A stretch of 64,000 bases of DNA from the human T2T-CHM13v2.0 reference genome, Homo sapiens, in the NCBI RefSeq assembly GCF_009914755.1, contig NC_060948.1; one strand, given 5' to 3'. Under the pieces are notes generated by a model, which saw only the letters and a list, made by a program, of their open reading frames with translations, had not been told where the DNA came from and did no database searches. The translations under genes and the position numbers were made by a program. Below are positions 1-18,950 of this stretch, piece by piece (positions within the stretch are counted from its first letter, which is position 1; each line of letters begins with the position of its first letter).

Positions 1-115
1 AAGTATGATGTCACTAGGCAACAAAATTTTTTCAGTTCCATTATAGTCATATGAAATTACCATGGTATATGCTGTCAGCCATTGACCTATATTTAGCCAT
101 TTGACACACGACTGT
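1..115. mobile_element. Tigger3-like DNA transposon end
   Basis: Terminus ...acacgactgta and similarity to the Tigger3/Golem end. Confidence 0.5.
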
Positions 116-608
116 ATTTCAAAGTATTAACTTCATAGGATCAGAAGGTGTTAGGCAACCACTGTGTAAGGGGTCTTGAAAAAACTTACCACTCCTGCAC
201 CACTACCAGCCCTCTGACCCAGAAGGCTCAAAGACTTATTCAAAAGTTTCCTTGAGACCCTCGTTAGCTTCTAACAGCCCAGATGTAGCATTAGGGGAAA
301 GCTGCAGGCAAGCCAACCAGCAATAACCTGCTAGTCACAGTGGGGCCAAAATGCTTCCACTACTCCCTCTCATGGAGAACCTGAGGTAGATATGTATTCA
401 CACGGATCATACAACTAGCCCTCCCTACTGCTTATCAGATTCTGCAAAATTAGTGGCTTTGGCCTGAGAACCTAACACCTAAACTCAGGACCCTCACAGT
501 CTTCTGTCATAGGTAGAGCTCAGCTCAACACTAGGCCAAACCTCCTGCCCAACCCTAACATTTCAAAATGCACTGATACTCTACACACAGGTCACTGGCC
601 CAGCAATC

Positions 609-5460
<4,852 letters not shown>

Positions 5461-7125
5461 CTAGGTGATGCCACTTAGCAACATATTATCAACAGCCAGC
5501 AGATGCTGGGTAAAGCTTGTGGGGTATCAAAAGCAGAAGTATAATGCTTAAGACCTGTTGTTTACACATTAAAAAAAAACGTGTAAATATCTGAATTTGG
5601 CAATGTATCTGTGACGGGTAAAAAAGAATCATTTTGGGGGATTAAGGATCTGGAAGCTGGTCAGAGAAAAAGATATTTTGGGAGGCAGTAACAGTCTCTA
5701 TTATGCAGGGTAGCATGAAAGGAGACATTCATAGTAGGAAACTGTACACAGGATTAAGGTGCAGAGATTACTATTCAGATGCGGAAAAGTAGAAGGTGAT
5801 TTCTGGGGGATAGGAGGTTCAAACAGGAAGAATGTATACATGAGTTGCTCAACAGGCCTACCAGGAATTCAGTTCCAAAAGCTCTGTGTTAAGTGCTGGT
5901 TTGGGGTCTTATAAGCAAAAGTTATATTTTATCTACAGCAGATGCTGAGCAAAGTTTTTCAGTTGCACACTAGGAAAATATAATGACTAGATTTTGTTTA
6001 TTTGTGCTATCTTAAATATATAACTTGTATTAAAATTGGACTCTTGTGCTAGTGGGGTTTGAACAACCAGCTCACAATTTGCATTAAAAAATTAATGACA
6101 ACTTAGGGCCAGTACACAAAGACTATTTTAACTCATTTACATATCAATTATTTATAAGTAAGATTTTAGCAATAACAGCAGAACCACAGGATGCTGTTCA
6201 GGACTGGGAGGAAAAAACAAAGGCAACACTAGATAGGGCTGGCACTCAGAAAAACAAAAACAAACAAACAAAAACCAAAAAAAAACAGTAGTTATGGCTT
6301 GGATGGGGATAAGATGCAATTTTACCATATGTATTTAATTCAGAGGTAGCAAAAGCATATGCTTAACAGATGTGGAAAGCTTTAGACAAGAGGTAAAATT
6401 ATTTGTGGGGGGAACCACTGAAAGGCAAGGAAAACTTGCATTTACCTTGCAGATAATTATCACCACCAAAGAAAACTGCGAGAGAAACAATGCCCACAGT
6501 TTCTAAAGGAAAAAGGAAACAAATTTCCAAATGAAATACAAACTTTGTTAGGTCTTCTTAAGAAATCTGCTGTCATGACAAAGACGGTTTGCGATATTTA
6601 GTTATATTCTTTGACTGATCTCTTAGACAAGGAGTCACAAAATGTTGGCCTGCTGCCACTTCTCCCACCAGCTATTTTTAATGCCTAAGAAATAAAGAAT
6701 ATTTTCTAGTTTAAAATGGTTGGGGGGAAAAAAAAGCAAAAAAATTCATTTCCAACACATAATCATTTATTTTCATTACATTCAAATTACATGGTCATAA
6801 ATAAAATTATATTGGAATCATATTGGATTATATATCTCCAATTATATATGGAGAGTTGAGTAGTCCCCACAGTTATAACTCAAAAGTCTTTCAAAGGTCA
6901 TATGTATTCAAAGTCCTATGTATCACATAGGGCTTCATTTAATCTCTTCCTTCTAAATACTGTACAGCAATCACACACTCACACATACACAAACACACAC
7001 ACTGGATGAAAAATGTCAAATGTGCTGCAGAGGGAGTTATTTTGTTATTAGATGGCAAATCTATATGTTTATTGTGTAATTCCATGACATAATAGTATTT
7101 ATATTATTTATATTCTTTTTTTTCT

Positions 7126-7156
<31 letters not shown>

Positions 7157-7229
7157 GACGGAGTCTCACTCTGTCATCAGTCTGAAGGGCAGCGGCAGCA
7201 ATCTGGGCTTATTGCAACTTCTGCCTCCC

Positions 7230-7433
7230 TTATTGGTGTATAAGAATGCTTGTGATTTTTGCACATTGATTTTGTATCCTGAGGCTTTGGAAGTTGCTTA
7301 TCAGCTTAGGGAGATTTTGGGCTGAGATGATGGGGTCTTCTAAATATACAATCATGTCATCTGCAAACAAAGACAATTTGACTTTTTTTCTATGTGAATA
7401 TGCTTTATTTCTTTGTCTTGTCGGATTGCCCTG
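7230..7433 (-). mobile_element. Isolated internal L1 ORF2 (RT-region) fragment
   Basis: Homologous to 9258-9470; no 3'UTR or poly(A). Confidence 0.85.
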
Positions 7434-7496
7434 ATTTCAAGCAATTCTCCTGCCTCAGCCTCCCAAGCATCTGGGATGACAAGCACCCAAGGAAAA

Positions 7497-10400
7497 TTTT
7501 TTTATTTTTAATTTTTATACTAAGTTCTGGGGTACATGTGCAGAATGTGCAGTTTTGTTACATAGGTATACACGTGCCATGGTCATCTGCTGCACCCATC
7601 AATTTGTCATCTACATTAGGTTTTTCTCCTAATGCTCTCCCTCCCCCAGCCCACCATGTCCTGACAGGCCTGGTGTGTGATGTTCCCCTCCCTGTGTCCA
7701 TGTATTCTCATTGTTCAAATCCCAGTTATGCCTGAGAACATTAAGTGTTTGGTTATCTGTTCTTGTGTTAGTTTGCTGAGAATGATGGTTTCCAGCTTCA
7801 TCCATGTCCCTGCAAAGGACATGAACTCATCCTTTTTTATGGATGCATAGTATTCCATGGTGTAAATCAACTATCATTGATGGGCATTTGGGTTGATTCC
7901 CCATCTTTGCTATTGTGAACAGTGCCACAATAAACAAACATGTGCATGTTTCTTTTTATAGTAGAATGATTTATAATACTTTGGATATATACCCAGTAAT
8001 GGGATTGCTGGGTCAAATGTTATTTCTGGTTCTGGATCCTTAGGGAATCACCATAGTCTTCCACAATGGTTGAACTAATTTACACTCCCACCAACAGTGT
8101 AAAAGTGTCCTTATTTCTCCATATCCTCTCCAGCTCCTGTTGTTTCCTGGCTTTTCAATGACTGTGATTCTAACTGACATGAGATGGTATCTCATTGTGG
8201 TATTGATTTGAATTTCTCTACTGACCAGTGATGAGCTTTTTTTCATGTTTGTTGGCTGCATAAATGTTTTCTTTTGATAAGTGTCTGTTTATATCCTTCA
8301 CCAACTCGATAGAGTTTTTCTGTTTTGTAAATGTGGGTAAGTTCTTTGTAGATTCTGGATATTAGACCTTTGTCAGATGGATAGATTGCAAAAATTTTCT
8401 CCCATTGTGTAGTGTGCCTTTTCACTCTGATGATAGTTTATTTTGCTATGCAGAAGATCTTCAGTTTAATTAGATCCCATCTGTCAATTTTGGCTTTTGT
8501 TGCCATTGCTTTTGGTGTTCTAATCATGAAGTCTTTGCCCATGCCAATGTCCTGAATGGTACTGCTTAGGTTTTCTTCTAGGATTTTTATGGTTTCAGGT
8601 CTTATGTAAGTCTTTAATCCATCTTGAATTAATTTTTTATAAGGTGTAAGAAAGGGGTCCAGTTTCACTTTTCTGCATATAGCTAACCAGTTTTCCCAAC
8701 GACATTTATTAAATAGGAAATTCGTTCCCCATTGCTTGTTTTTGTCAAGTTTTTCAAATATCAGATGGCTGTAGATGTGTGGCATTATTTCTGAGGCCTC
8801 TGTTCTGTTACATTGTTCTATGTATGTTTTGGTACCAGTACCATGCTGTTTTTGATACTGTAACCTTGTAGTGTAGTTTGAGGTCAGGTAGTGTCATGAC
8901 TCCAGCTTTGTTTTTTTTGCTTAGGATTGTTTTGGCCATATGGGCTCTTTTTTTGGTTCCATATGAATTTTAAAGTAGCTTTTTCTAATTATGTGAAAAA
9001 AAAGTTAATGGTAGCTTGATGGAATAGCATTGAATCTATAAATTACTTTGGAAAGTATGGCCATTTTCATGATATTGATTCTTCCAATCCATGAGCAGGG
9101 GATGTTTTTCCATTTATTTGTGTCCTCCCTTATTTCATTGAGCAGTGGTGTGTAGTCCTCCTTGAATAGGTCATTCACATCACTTGAAAGTTGTATTCCT
9201 AGGTATTTTATTCTCTTTGTAGCAACTGTAAATGGGAGTTCACTCATGATTTGGCTATTATTGGTGTATACGAATGCTTGTGATTTTTGCACATTGATTT
9301 TGTATCCTGACACTTTGATAAAGTTGCTTATCAGCTTAAGGAGATTTTGGGCTGAGATGATGGGGTTTTCTAAATATACAATCATGTCATCTGCAAGCAG
9401 AGACAATTTGACTTCCTCTCTTACAATTTTAATATCCTTTATTTCTTTCTCTTGCCTGACTGCACTGGCCAGAACTTCCAATACTATGTTGTCTTATGCT
9501 TTGTCTTATGCCAGTTTTCAAAGGGAATGCTTCCAGTTATTGTCCATTCTGTATAATATTGGCTGTAAGTTTGTCATAAAATAGCCCTTATTATTTTGAG
9601 ATACTTTCCATCAATACTTAGTTTATTGAGAGTTTTTAGCATGAAGGGGCATTGAATTTTATTGGACAGTTCTGCATCTATGGAGATAAACATGTGGCTT
9701 TTGTCATTGATTCTGTTTATGTGATGGATTACATTTATTGATTTCTGTATGTTTGAACTAGCTTTGCATCCAGATATGAAGCTGACTCGATCATGTTGGG
9801 TAGCTTTTTGATGTCCTGTTGGATTCAGTTTGCCAGTATTTTATTGAGAATTTTTGCATCGATGTTCATCAGGGATACTGGCTTAAACTTTTCTTTTTGT
9901 GTCTCTGCCAAGTTTTTGTATCATGATGATGCTGGCCTCATAAAATGAGTTAGAGGGGAGTCCCTCTTTTTCTATTGTTTGGAATAATTTCAGAAGGACT
10001 GGTACCAGCTCCTCTTGTACCTCTGGTAGAATTCAACTGTTAATTTATCTTGTCCTGGACTTTTTTTGGTTGGGAGGCTATTAATTACTGCCTCAATTTC
10101 AGAACTCATTACTGGACTATTCAGGGATTCAACTTCTTCCTGGTTCAGACTCAGGGTGTATGTGTCCCAGAATTTGTCAATTTCTTCTAGATTTTTTAGT
10201 TTATTGGCATAGAGGTATTTATAGTATTCTCTCATGGTAGTTTGTATTTCTGTGGGATCAGTGATGATATCCCCTATATCATTTTTTATTGCATCTATTT
10301 GATTCTTTTCTCTTTTCTTCTTTATTAGTCTGGCCACAGGTCTATCTATTTTGTTGATCTTTTCAAAAAACAAGCTCTTGGATTCCCAGAGATACTGGTA

Positions 10401-13400
10401 TATTGTGTCCTTGTTGTCATTAGTTTCAAAGAACATGTTTATTTCTGCCTTCATTTTGTTACTTACACAGTAATCATTTAGGAGCAGGTTGTTCAGTTTC
10501 CAGGTAGTTGTGCAGTTTTGAATGAGTTTCTTAATCCTGAGTTCTAATTTGATTGCACTGTGGTCTGAGAGACTGTTTGTTATGAATTCAGTTCTTTTGC
10601 ATTTGCTGAGGAGTGCTTTACTTCCAATTACGTGGCCAATTTTAGAGTAAGTACGATGTGGTGCTGAGAAGAATGTACATTGTTGATACGGGGTGGGGAG
10701 TTCTGTAGACGTCTATTAGGTCCACTTGGTCCAGAGCTGAGTTCAAGACCTGAATAATCTTGTTAATTTTCTGTCTTGCTGATGTGTCTAATATTGACAG
10801 TGGGGTGTTAAAATCTTGCACTATTATTGTGTGGGAATCATTTTTGTAGGTCTCTAAGAACTTGCTTTATGAATCTGGGTGCTCCTGTATTGGGTGCATA
10901 TATATTTAAGATAGTTATTCTTGTTGCATTGATCCCTTTACCATTATGGAATGTCTTTGTCTCTTTTAATCTTTGTTGGTTTAATGTCTGTTTTGTCAGA
11001 CTAGGATTTTTTTGGCTTTCCATTTCTTGATAAATATTCTTCCATCTCTTTATTTTGAGCCTATGTGTGTCTCTGCGTGCTTTATTCTCCTGAATAAAGC
11101 ACAACGATGCATCTTGACTCCTTATCCAATTTGCCAGTTGGTGTCTATTAATTGGGACATTCAGCGGTTTACATTTAAGGTTTATACTGTTATGTGTGAA
11201 TTTGATTCTGTCATTATGATGCTAGATGGCTATTTTGACCATTAGTTGACACAGTTTCTTCATAGTGTTGATGGGCTTTACAATTTGGTCTGTTTTTGCA
11301 CTGGCTGGTACCAGTTGTTCCTTTCCATGTTTAGTGTTTCCTTCTGGAGATCTTGTAGGGCAGGCCTGGTAGTGACAAAATCTCGCATTTACTTGTCTGT
11401 AAGGGATTTTATGTCTCCTTTGCTTACGAAGATTAGTTTGGTGGGATATGACACTCTGGGTTGAAAATTATTTTCTTTACGAACGTTGAATATTGGCCCC
11501 CACTCTTTTCTGGCTTGTAGGGTTTCTGCAGAGAGATCCACTGTTAGTTTGAAGTGTTTCCCTTTGCGGAGTATCTTTGTGGTGTTCTCTATATTTTCTG
11601 AATTTGAATGTTGGCCTGTCTTGCTAGTCTGGGGAAGTTCTCCTAGATAATATATTGAAGAGTGTTTTCCAACTTTGTTCCATTTTTCCTGTCACTTACA
11701 GGTACACCAATCAAACGTAGTTTGGGTCTTTTCAGATAGTCCCATATTTCTTGGAGGCTTTGTTCATTCCTTTTTTCTTTTTTCTCTAGTATTTTCTTCA
11801 CACTATTTCATTAAGTTGATCTTAAATCTCTGATATCCTTTCTTCCACTTGATCTATTCGGCTATTTATACTTCTGTATGCTTCGTGAACTTCTCCTACT
11901 GTGTTTTTCAGCTTCATCAGGTCATTTATGTTCTTCTCTAAACTGGATATTCTAGTTAGCAATTCCTCTTTTTTCAAGGTTCTTAGCTTCCTTGCACTGG
12001 GTTAGAACATGCTCCTTTAGCTTGGAGGAGTTTGTTCTCACCCACCTTCTGAAGCCTTCTTCTGTCAATTCATCAGACTTGTACTCTATCCAGTTTTGTC
12101 CCCTTGCTGGTGAGGAGTTGTGATCCTTTGGAGGACAAGAGGTGTTCCAGTTTTTGGAATTTTCAGACTTTTTTTCCTGGTTTCTCCTCATCTTCATGGA
12201 TTTATCTACCTTTGGCCTTTGATGTTGGTGGCCTTTGAATGGGGCTTCTGAGTGAATGTCCTTTTTGTTGATGTTGATGCTATTCCTGTTTCTTAGTTTT
12301 CATTCCAACAATCAGGCCACTCTGCTGCAGGTCTGCTGGAGTTTGTTAGAGGTCTACTGCATACCCTGTTTGCATGGCTATCACTAGCAGAGGCTGCAGA
12401 ACAGCATAGATTGCTGCCTGTTCCTTCCTCTGGAAGCTTCCTCCCAGAGGGGCACCCACCAGATGCCAGCCAGAGCTCTCCTGCATGAGGGGTCTGTCGA
12501 CCTCTGCTGGGAGGTGTCTCCCAGTCAGGAAACATGGGATTCATGGACCCACTTGAGAAGGCAGTCTTACCCTTGGCAGAGCTCAAATGCTGTGCTGAGA
12601 GATCTGTTGCTTTCTTCAGATCTTCTGCTGAAGCTGTGCCCACAGTTGCCCCTTCCCCCGGGTGCTTGTCTCATGAGATGGGAGTTTTATCTCTAAGACC
12701 CTGACTGGCACTGCTGCCTTTTTTTTTTTCAGAGATGCCCTGCCCAGAGAGGAATGTATAGAGGCAGTCTGGCTATAGTGGCTTTGCTGAGTTGTAGAGG
12801 GCTCTGCTTAGTTGAAACTTACCCATGGCTTTGTTTACACTGTGAGGGGAAAACCACCTACTCAAGCCTTAGTAATGGCGGATACCCCTCCCGCTCCAAG
12901 CTTAAGCATCCCAGGTCCACTTCATACTGCTGTGCTAGCAAGAAGAATTTGAAGCCAGTAAAGCATAGCTTTTTAGGCTCAGTGGGGATGCGATCCACTG
13001 AGCTAGACCACTTGGCTCCCTGTCTTCAGCTGCCTTTCTAGGAGAGTGAAAGGTTCTGACTTGCTGGCATTCCAGGAGCCACTGGGGTATGACAAAAAAC
13101 TCCTGCAGCTAGCTCAGTGCCTACCCAAATTGCCGCCCAGTTTTGTGCTGGAATCCCAGGGGCACAGTGTTCAAGGCACAATCCCTCATGTTTTCCCTTG
13201 GTTAGCGGAGGGAGATCCCTGACCCATTTTGCTTCCTGGGTGAAGTGATGCCCCACCCTGCTTTGGCTTGCCCTCCATGGGCTACACCCACTGCCTAACC
13301 AGTGCCAGTGAGATGAGCTGGATACTTCAGTTGGAAATGCAGAAATCACTCACCTTCTAGGTTGATCTTGTGGGGAGCTGCAGACCAAAGCTGTTCCTAT

Positions 13401-13420
13401 TCGGCCATCTTGTCAGCCTC
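7497..13420 (-). mobile_element. Near full-length inactive L1PA (L1PA6-8-like)
   Basis: 5' start ..caagatggccgaataggaacagc at ~13412; ORF1/ORF2 fragments ([11 protein letters not shown] motif in 9005-9481); 3'UTR; many stops, frameshifts and deletions. Confidence 0.92.
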
Positions 13421-14000
13421 AGTCTAATTTTATATTTTTAGTAGAGACGGGGTTTCACCCTGTTGGCCAGGTTGGTCTCAAACTCCTGACCATCTGATCC
13501 AACCACCTTGGCCTCCCAAAGTCCTGGGATTACAAGTGTGAGTCATGGTGATAGAGGGTGACAGTAGTCAGATAAAAGGTCACCCACTCATATCCCATCA
13601 CAACAAAATGAATTCTGCTCTCATTTACAGTCTCTTGTCTCTCTGTGGGAATCATGGGATTCCAGTACGAGGCTGTAAAATGCTGGTAGTGTCCAAGATA
13701 GGCCTGGCAAAGTCAGTTTCTTTGGACCCAGTATCAGCTAGAAGAACTATGTCAAACCAACTCAACTGTGATCTCAGAGGCAAAATTATCAGCTCATAGA
13801 CCTAACAAAAGAAGACTTTAACCAAAATCACTGTGTGAGATTCAGTGTTGTTTTGCTCCTCCAAATGCACAAACAACAACACAAGCTATACAGGTACAAA
13901 TGGTACCAACAAAGCAAATCAGTAACTGACATAATCAATAACTGACATAAAATAATGGAGATCTATGAAATTCCTGAGAAAGAATTCAAAACGAGTCTTA

Positions 14001-14386
<386 letters not shown>

Positions 14387-16916
14387 GTATTAAGGAAAGA
14401 ATGCGTGAGTACAATTTAAAAATTAAGAAACAGATTTTTTTTAAAAAAAAAAACCAGGACCCCTACAGCTACATAAATGCAAAGAAATAATTTTAAATAT
14501 TTACAATTTAATATTAGATTTAAAATTTCAATAGTTACAACAGCATAGCTGATCATGCAGAAGAAAGAACTGACAAGCTCAAATAGCAGTCAGATGAAAA
14601 TTAGCCAATTAGAGGAACAACAACAACAAATGATTGGGAAAAAAAAAAAGAGGAAAAGGTTAAAAGTGATCTGTGGCACCACATCCATGCATAAATATAA
14701 CAATTATGAGTGTACCCAAAAGAGGAGAGAAAGAAGACCAGGAAGCTTATTTAAATATGTACTGTACAAACACTTCCCGAATTCTAGGCGGGATATGAAC
14801 TCAAGAAATTCAAAATGCCACAATTAGGATCAATTTAAAAGAGAATACTCCAAGACACATTAATCAAATTGTAAATATCAAAGATGAAAAGAATCTTGAA
14901 AGCAGCAAGAGGATAAACTCAAAGGGGTCTTCTAGGTAAGGCTATCAGGAAACTTCTTAACAAAATACTTGCAAGTGAGTAGAAAGTGGGATGACATGTT
15001 GAAAGTGCTAAAATAAAATTTAAAAAAGCTTATTAAAAATACTCTAAACTGCAAAGCTGTATTTCAGCAATAAAAAAACAGGTAAGTACATTTTAACACA
15101 AACAAAATTTGAGAATTTGTCACCATCAGACAAGACTTAACAAGAAATGTCTAAAGAGTTTTTCCATGTGAAACAAGAGCATGATAAATAATAATAACAA
15201 AACATATGGCTCTCCAGTAAAGTTAAATGAACAGTCAATACAGTATTCTCTCCTACTCTAAAAGTAATGTTTAAATTACTATTAAAATTAGTATACAAAT
15301 ATAAATAAGAGATGTATTAATAACAACTATACTATACAGAACTCCTTAGTGGATACCCAATACAAATAGTTGCATAGTATAATATTAATAACATAAAAGG
15401 TGGGAAATGAAAAGGTAGAGTCTTCATATAGTAATTAACGTACTATCAGCTTAAATTAGAATACAAGATGTTTTACATAAGAACCATGCTAGGTAATAGA
15501 AAAAAAATCTCTAGTAGTTACACAAGAGACAAAAATATACCACTGATAAAACACAACTAATCAAAAACAAAGACTGAAAGTGTAGAAGAGAACAAAACAG
15601 TCAGTCAAAAATTAACAAAATGCAAGTAGTAAGTTGTTAACTACATGGATTCTTCAATCAAAAGACACAGAAAGTCAAGTTAGATTAAAAAAAAAAGAAC
15701 AAAAAATATTAAACAATATGGCGCCACTAACGAGACACTCACATTAGACTTAACAACACACAGAGACTGAGAGTAAAGAGATTAAAAAAGCTATTCCAAG
15801 CAAATGTTGATTTGCTTGGAATCAACATTAAAATTAAATGTTTAAAAAAGCTATTTTTTAAAAAAGCTGATTAAAAAAGCTATTCCAAGCAAAAGAGGAG
15901 ATGTTGCTATGCTCATATCAGAAAAAAAGGCTTCCAGTCAAAACCTGTAAAGAGCGTGGGGGAATATTATTATGATAATAGGGTCAGTTAATTAAAATTC
16001 TGTACCAATTGTAAAAATGCACACTCCCTTCATCAGCATACCTATATATATAACGATGTAATAGATTGGAAAGATTCTACGAACTTCCATTTAGTAACAA
16101 TGGGACATTTCAATAGAACCAACAGTTCTATTGAATTAGTGAATTAGAACAACACTTTAGACTAGATATACCTACCAGATAATAGAATTTTCCCTTCAAC
16201 AGCAGAACATATAAAATATGAAACAAATGAAGAGTCTTCATGAGGTAATAAAATTAAGGTACTATCAGCTTAAATTAGAACATTTTAACTGTAAAAGGTA
16301 AGTCTTATGAGATGAATACTATAAAACCACATCAGAATTTAAAGAATGAAGAAAAAGCAGTTCCAAGAGGGAAGTTTATAGCAATAAATACCTACATCCA
16401 AAAAGATATCAAATAGATAAGTTACTGTTACATCTCAAGAATATAAAAAAGAAAAACCAAAACAACCGAAAATCAGTAGAAGGAAGAAAGTAAGAAAGCA
16501 CAGAAATACACAAATAGGGAGCAGAAAGACAACAGAAAAGATCAATGCAACTAAGCAACTAAGCATTGGTTCACTGAGATGACAAAACAGCGTACGTTAG
16601 CCAGACTAACTTAAAAAGAAGAAAAAAGATGTCTCGAACACAATTCAAAAGAGAAGACATTACAATTGATACCACAAAAACACAAAGAATCGTAAGAGAC
16701 TACTATGAACAATTATATGCTCCTACATTGGAAAATCCTCAAGAAATGGGTAATTGCATAGACAAGCAAAATCTACCAACTAAATCAGAAAAAAATAGAA
16801 AATCTGAACAGATCATATATACATAAGGAGACAGAATTAGCAATACAAGTCTTCCACTAAAGCAAAGCCTGGTGACTTCATGAGTAAATTTTACCAAACA
16901 TTTAATGAGGACCTAA

Positions 16917-17666
16917 CGTTATCAGTAGGTCTTTGTTCTTAGAGCTCCCAAGATGGAGGTGGGCCACGCCCAAGATGGAGGCAAGGTTTTTGTTCTCTCA
17001 TCTGGGGTTCTTGGCCTCACAGATTCCAAGGAATGGAACTTGGGCCATGCGGTGGGTGTTATAGCTCTATTAGAAGCTGTGGGTCACGGAAGAGAATCGT
17101 GGGACCCTGCGACTAGTGTTCAGTTTGAGTAGGACGAACCCGGGCACTTAGCCATGCAGGAACAATGGTGAGCCTTTAGCCTAATCAGGAGCAGCAATGG
17201 GTGCCTCACAGCAGAAACCCTGCTGGATCTGGAGGGGTGGGAGTCAACGGTGGGTCACAGCATCCAGCAGTGCTGGACTGGATGGTAAGTGAAAGCTAAG
17301 CTTGAGCCTGAACAAACACCGACCAGAAGAGTGTGCAGTTACAAGATTTAATAAGAGTGAAAACAGAGCTCTCACACAATGGGAGGGGACCCAAAAGGGG
17401 TCGCCCATTGGATATAAACCAATGCCTGGGTTTATATCCCAATCACTGTCCCTCCCCCTGTGCTCTCAGGTGATATATGATTTGACTATTTCTTTGTCTC
17501 CTGCTTTTAGCCTAATTTGTATTTTAGTGAGCCCTCTTTACTACCTGACTGGTTGGGTGTGAGCTGAGTTACAAGCCCCATGTTTAAAGGTAGGTGCAGT
17601 CAACTTCCCCAGCTAGGCTTAGGAATTCTTAGTCAGCCTAGGAAATCCAGCTAGTCTGGTCTCTCA
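16917..17666 (-). mobile_element. Solo HERV-W LTR (LTR17)
   Basis: Minus strand begins TGAGAGACCAGACTAGCTGGATTTCCTAGGCTGACTAAGAATTCCTAAGCCTAGCTGGG; 750 bp; 4-bp TSD CTAA at 16913-16916 and 17667-17670. Confidence 0.9.
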
Positions 17667-18659
17667 CTAAGACCAATCTTTTTCAAGGTTTTCCAAAAAA
17701 ACTGAAGGAAGACTTCCTCACTGATTTTATAAGGCTAGATACCAGTCTGATATAAAGGGCAAAGAAGGACACTACAAGAAAAGAAAATTGTAGGCCAGTA
17801 TCTCTGATAAAGTTTGATGTAAACATCCTCAAGAACACACTAGAAAACTGAATTCAACAGCACACCGATAGGGTCATTCACCATGATCAAGTAGGATTCA
17901 TCTCTGGGATGCAAACAGTGGTTCAACATATGCAAAGAAAAAATCTGATACGCCATTTTAACATAATGAAGAACAAAAAAACCATACAGTCATTTCATTA
18001 TAGGTAAAGAAAGCATTTCAACAAATACCTCATACTTTCAAAATATAAATTCTCAATAAATGAGGAACAAAAGAATACAAAACCCACAGCTTACTCATCA
18101 TAATACTCAACAGTGAAACAAGGTTTTTTTTCTGGAAGATCAACAACAAAACAAAGATACCCACTCTCATCACTTGTATTCTAATGTATTGAATAGAAGT
18201 GGTGGTACTGTGTTGAACACCTTACTGGAAGATCTAATCACAGCAATTGGACACTTACTATAACCACCACCAACAAAAGTAAGGAATAGAAGACATTCAG
18301 GTAGAAAAGGAAAAATTAAAATAGTCTCTGTCAATGACATAATCTGGTGTACAGAAATCCCTAAGGCCTCCACTAAACAACTGTTGGAACTGATAAGTGA
18401 ATGCAGTAAAGTTGCAGCGTTCAAAATCTATACATAAAAATCAGCAGCATTTTTGCACAGTAATAATTATTTTTTTAAAAAGAAACAACTTGAATAATAG
18501 CATCATCTTAAAAAATACCTAGCAGTACATTTAACCAAGAAGGTGAAAAATCTGCATACTGAAAACTATAAAACATTGAAGAGACGTGGTAGATGATACA
18601 AATATACAACATACCCCTTTTGTGGTCAGGAAAAAGTATGTTAAAATGTCCATACTATC

Positions 18660-18950
18660 AGCTAGGCGCAGTGGCTCACACTTGTAATCCCAGCACTTTG
18701 GGAAGCTGAGGTGGGCAGATCACAAGGTCAGGAGTTCAAGACCAGCTTGGCCAACATGATGAAACTCCATCTCTACTAAAAATACAAAAATTACGTATGG
18801 TGGCAGGCACCTTTAATCCCTACTTGGGACGCTAAGGCAGGAGAATGGCAAAGGCAGAGGTTGCAGTGAGCCGTGATTGCATCACAGCACTCTAGACTGG
18901 GCAACAAGAGCGAACTCCATGATAAAAAAAAAAAAAAGAAAAAAGAAAAA
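18660..18950 (+). mobile_element. AluS
   Basis: Dimeric Alu; degenerate TSD aaaat.tc.atactatc on both sides. Confidence 0.9.

Larger units (their letters stand above)
7115..13550 (-). mobile_element. Alu split into three pieces (7115-7229, 7434-7488, 13423-13550) by two L1 insertions
   Basis: Collinear Alu segments: poly-T and right arm, resumed right arm, then linker and left arm. Confidence 0.85.

Noticed and set aside
7497-13420. Retrotransposition-competent L1
   Set aside because: Both ORFs are fragmented and there are internal deletions
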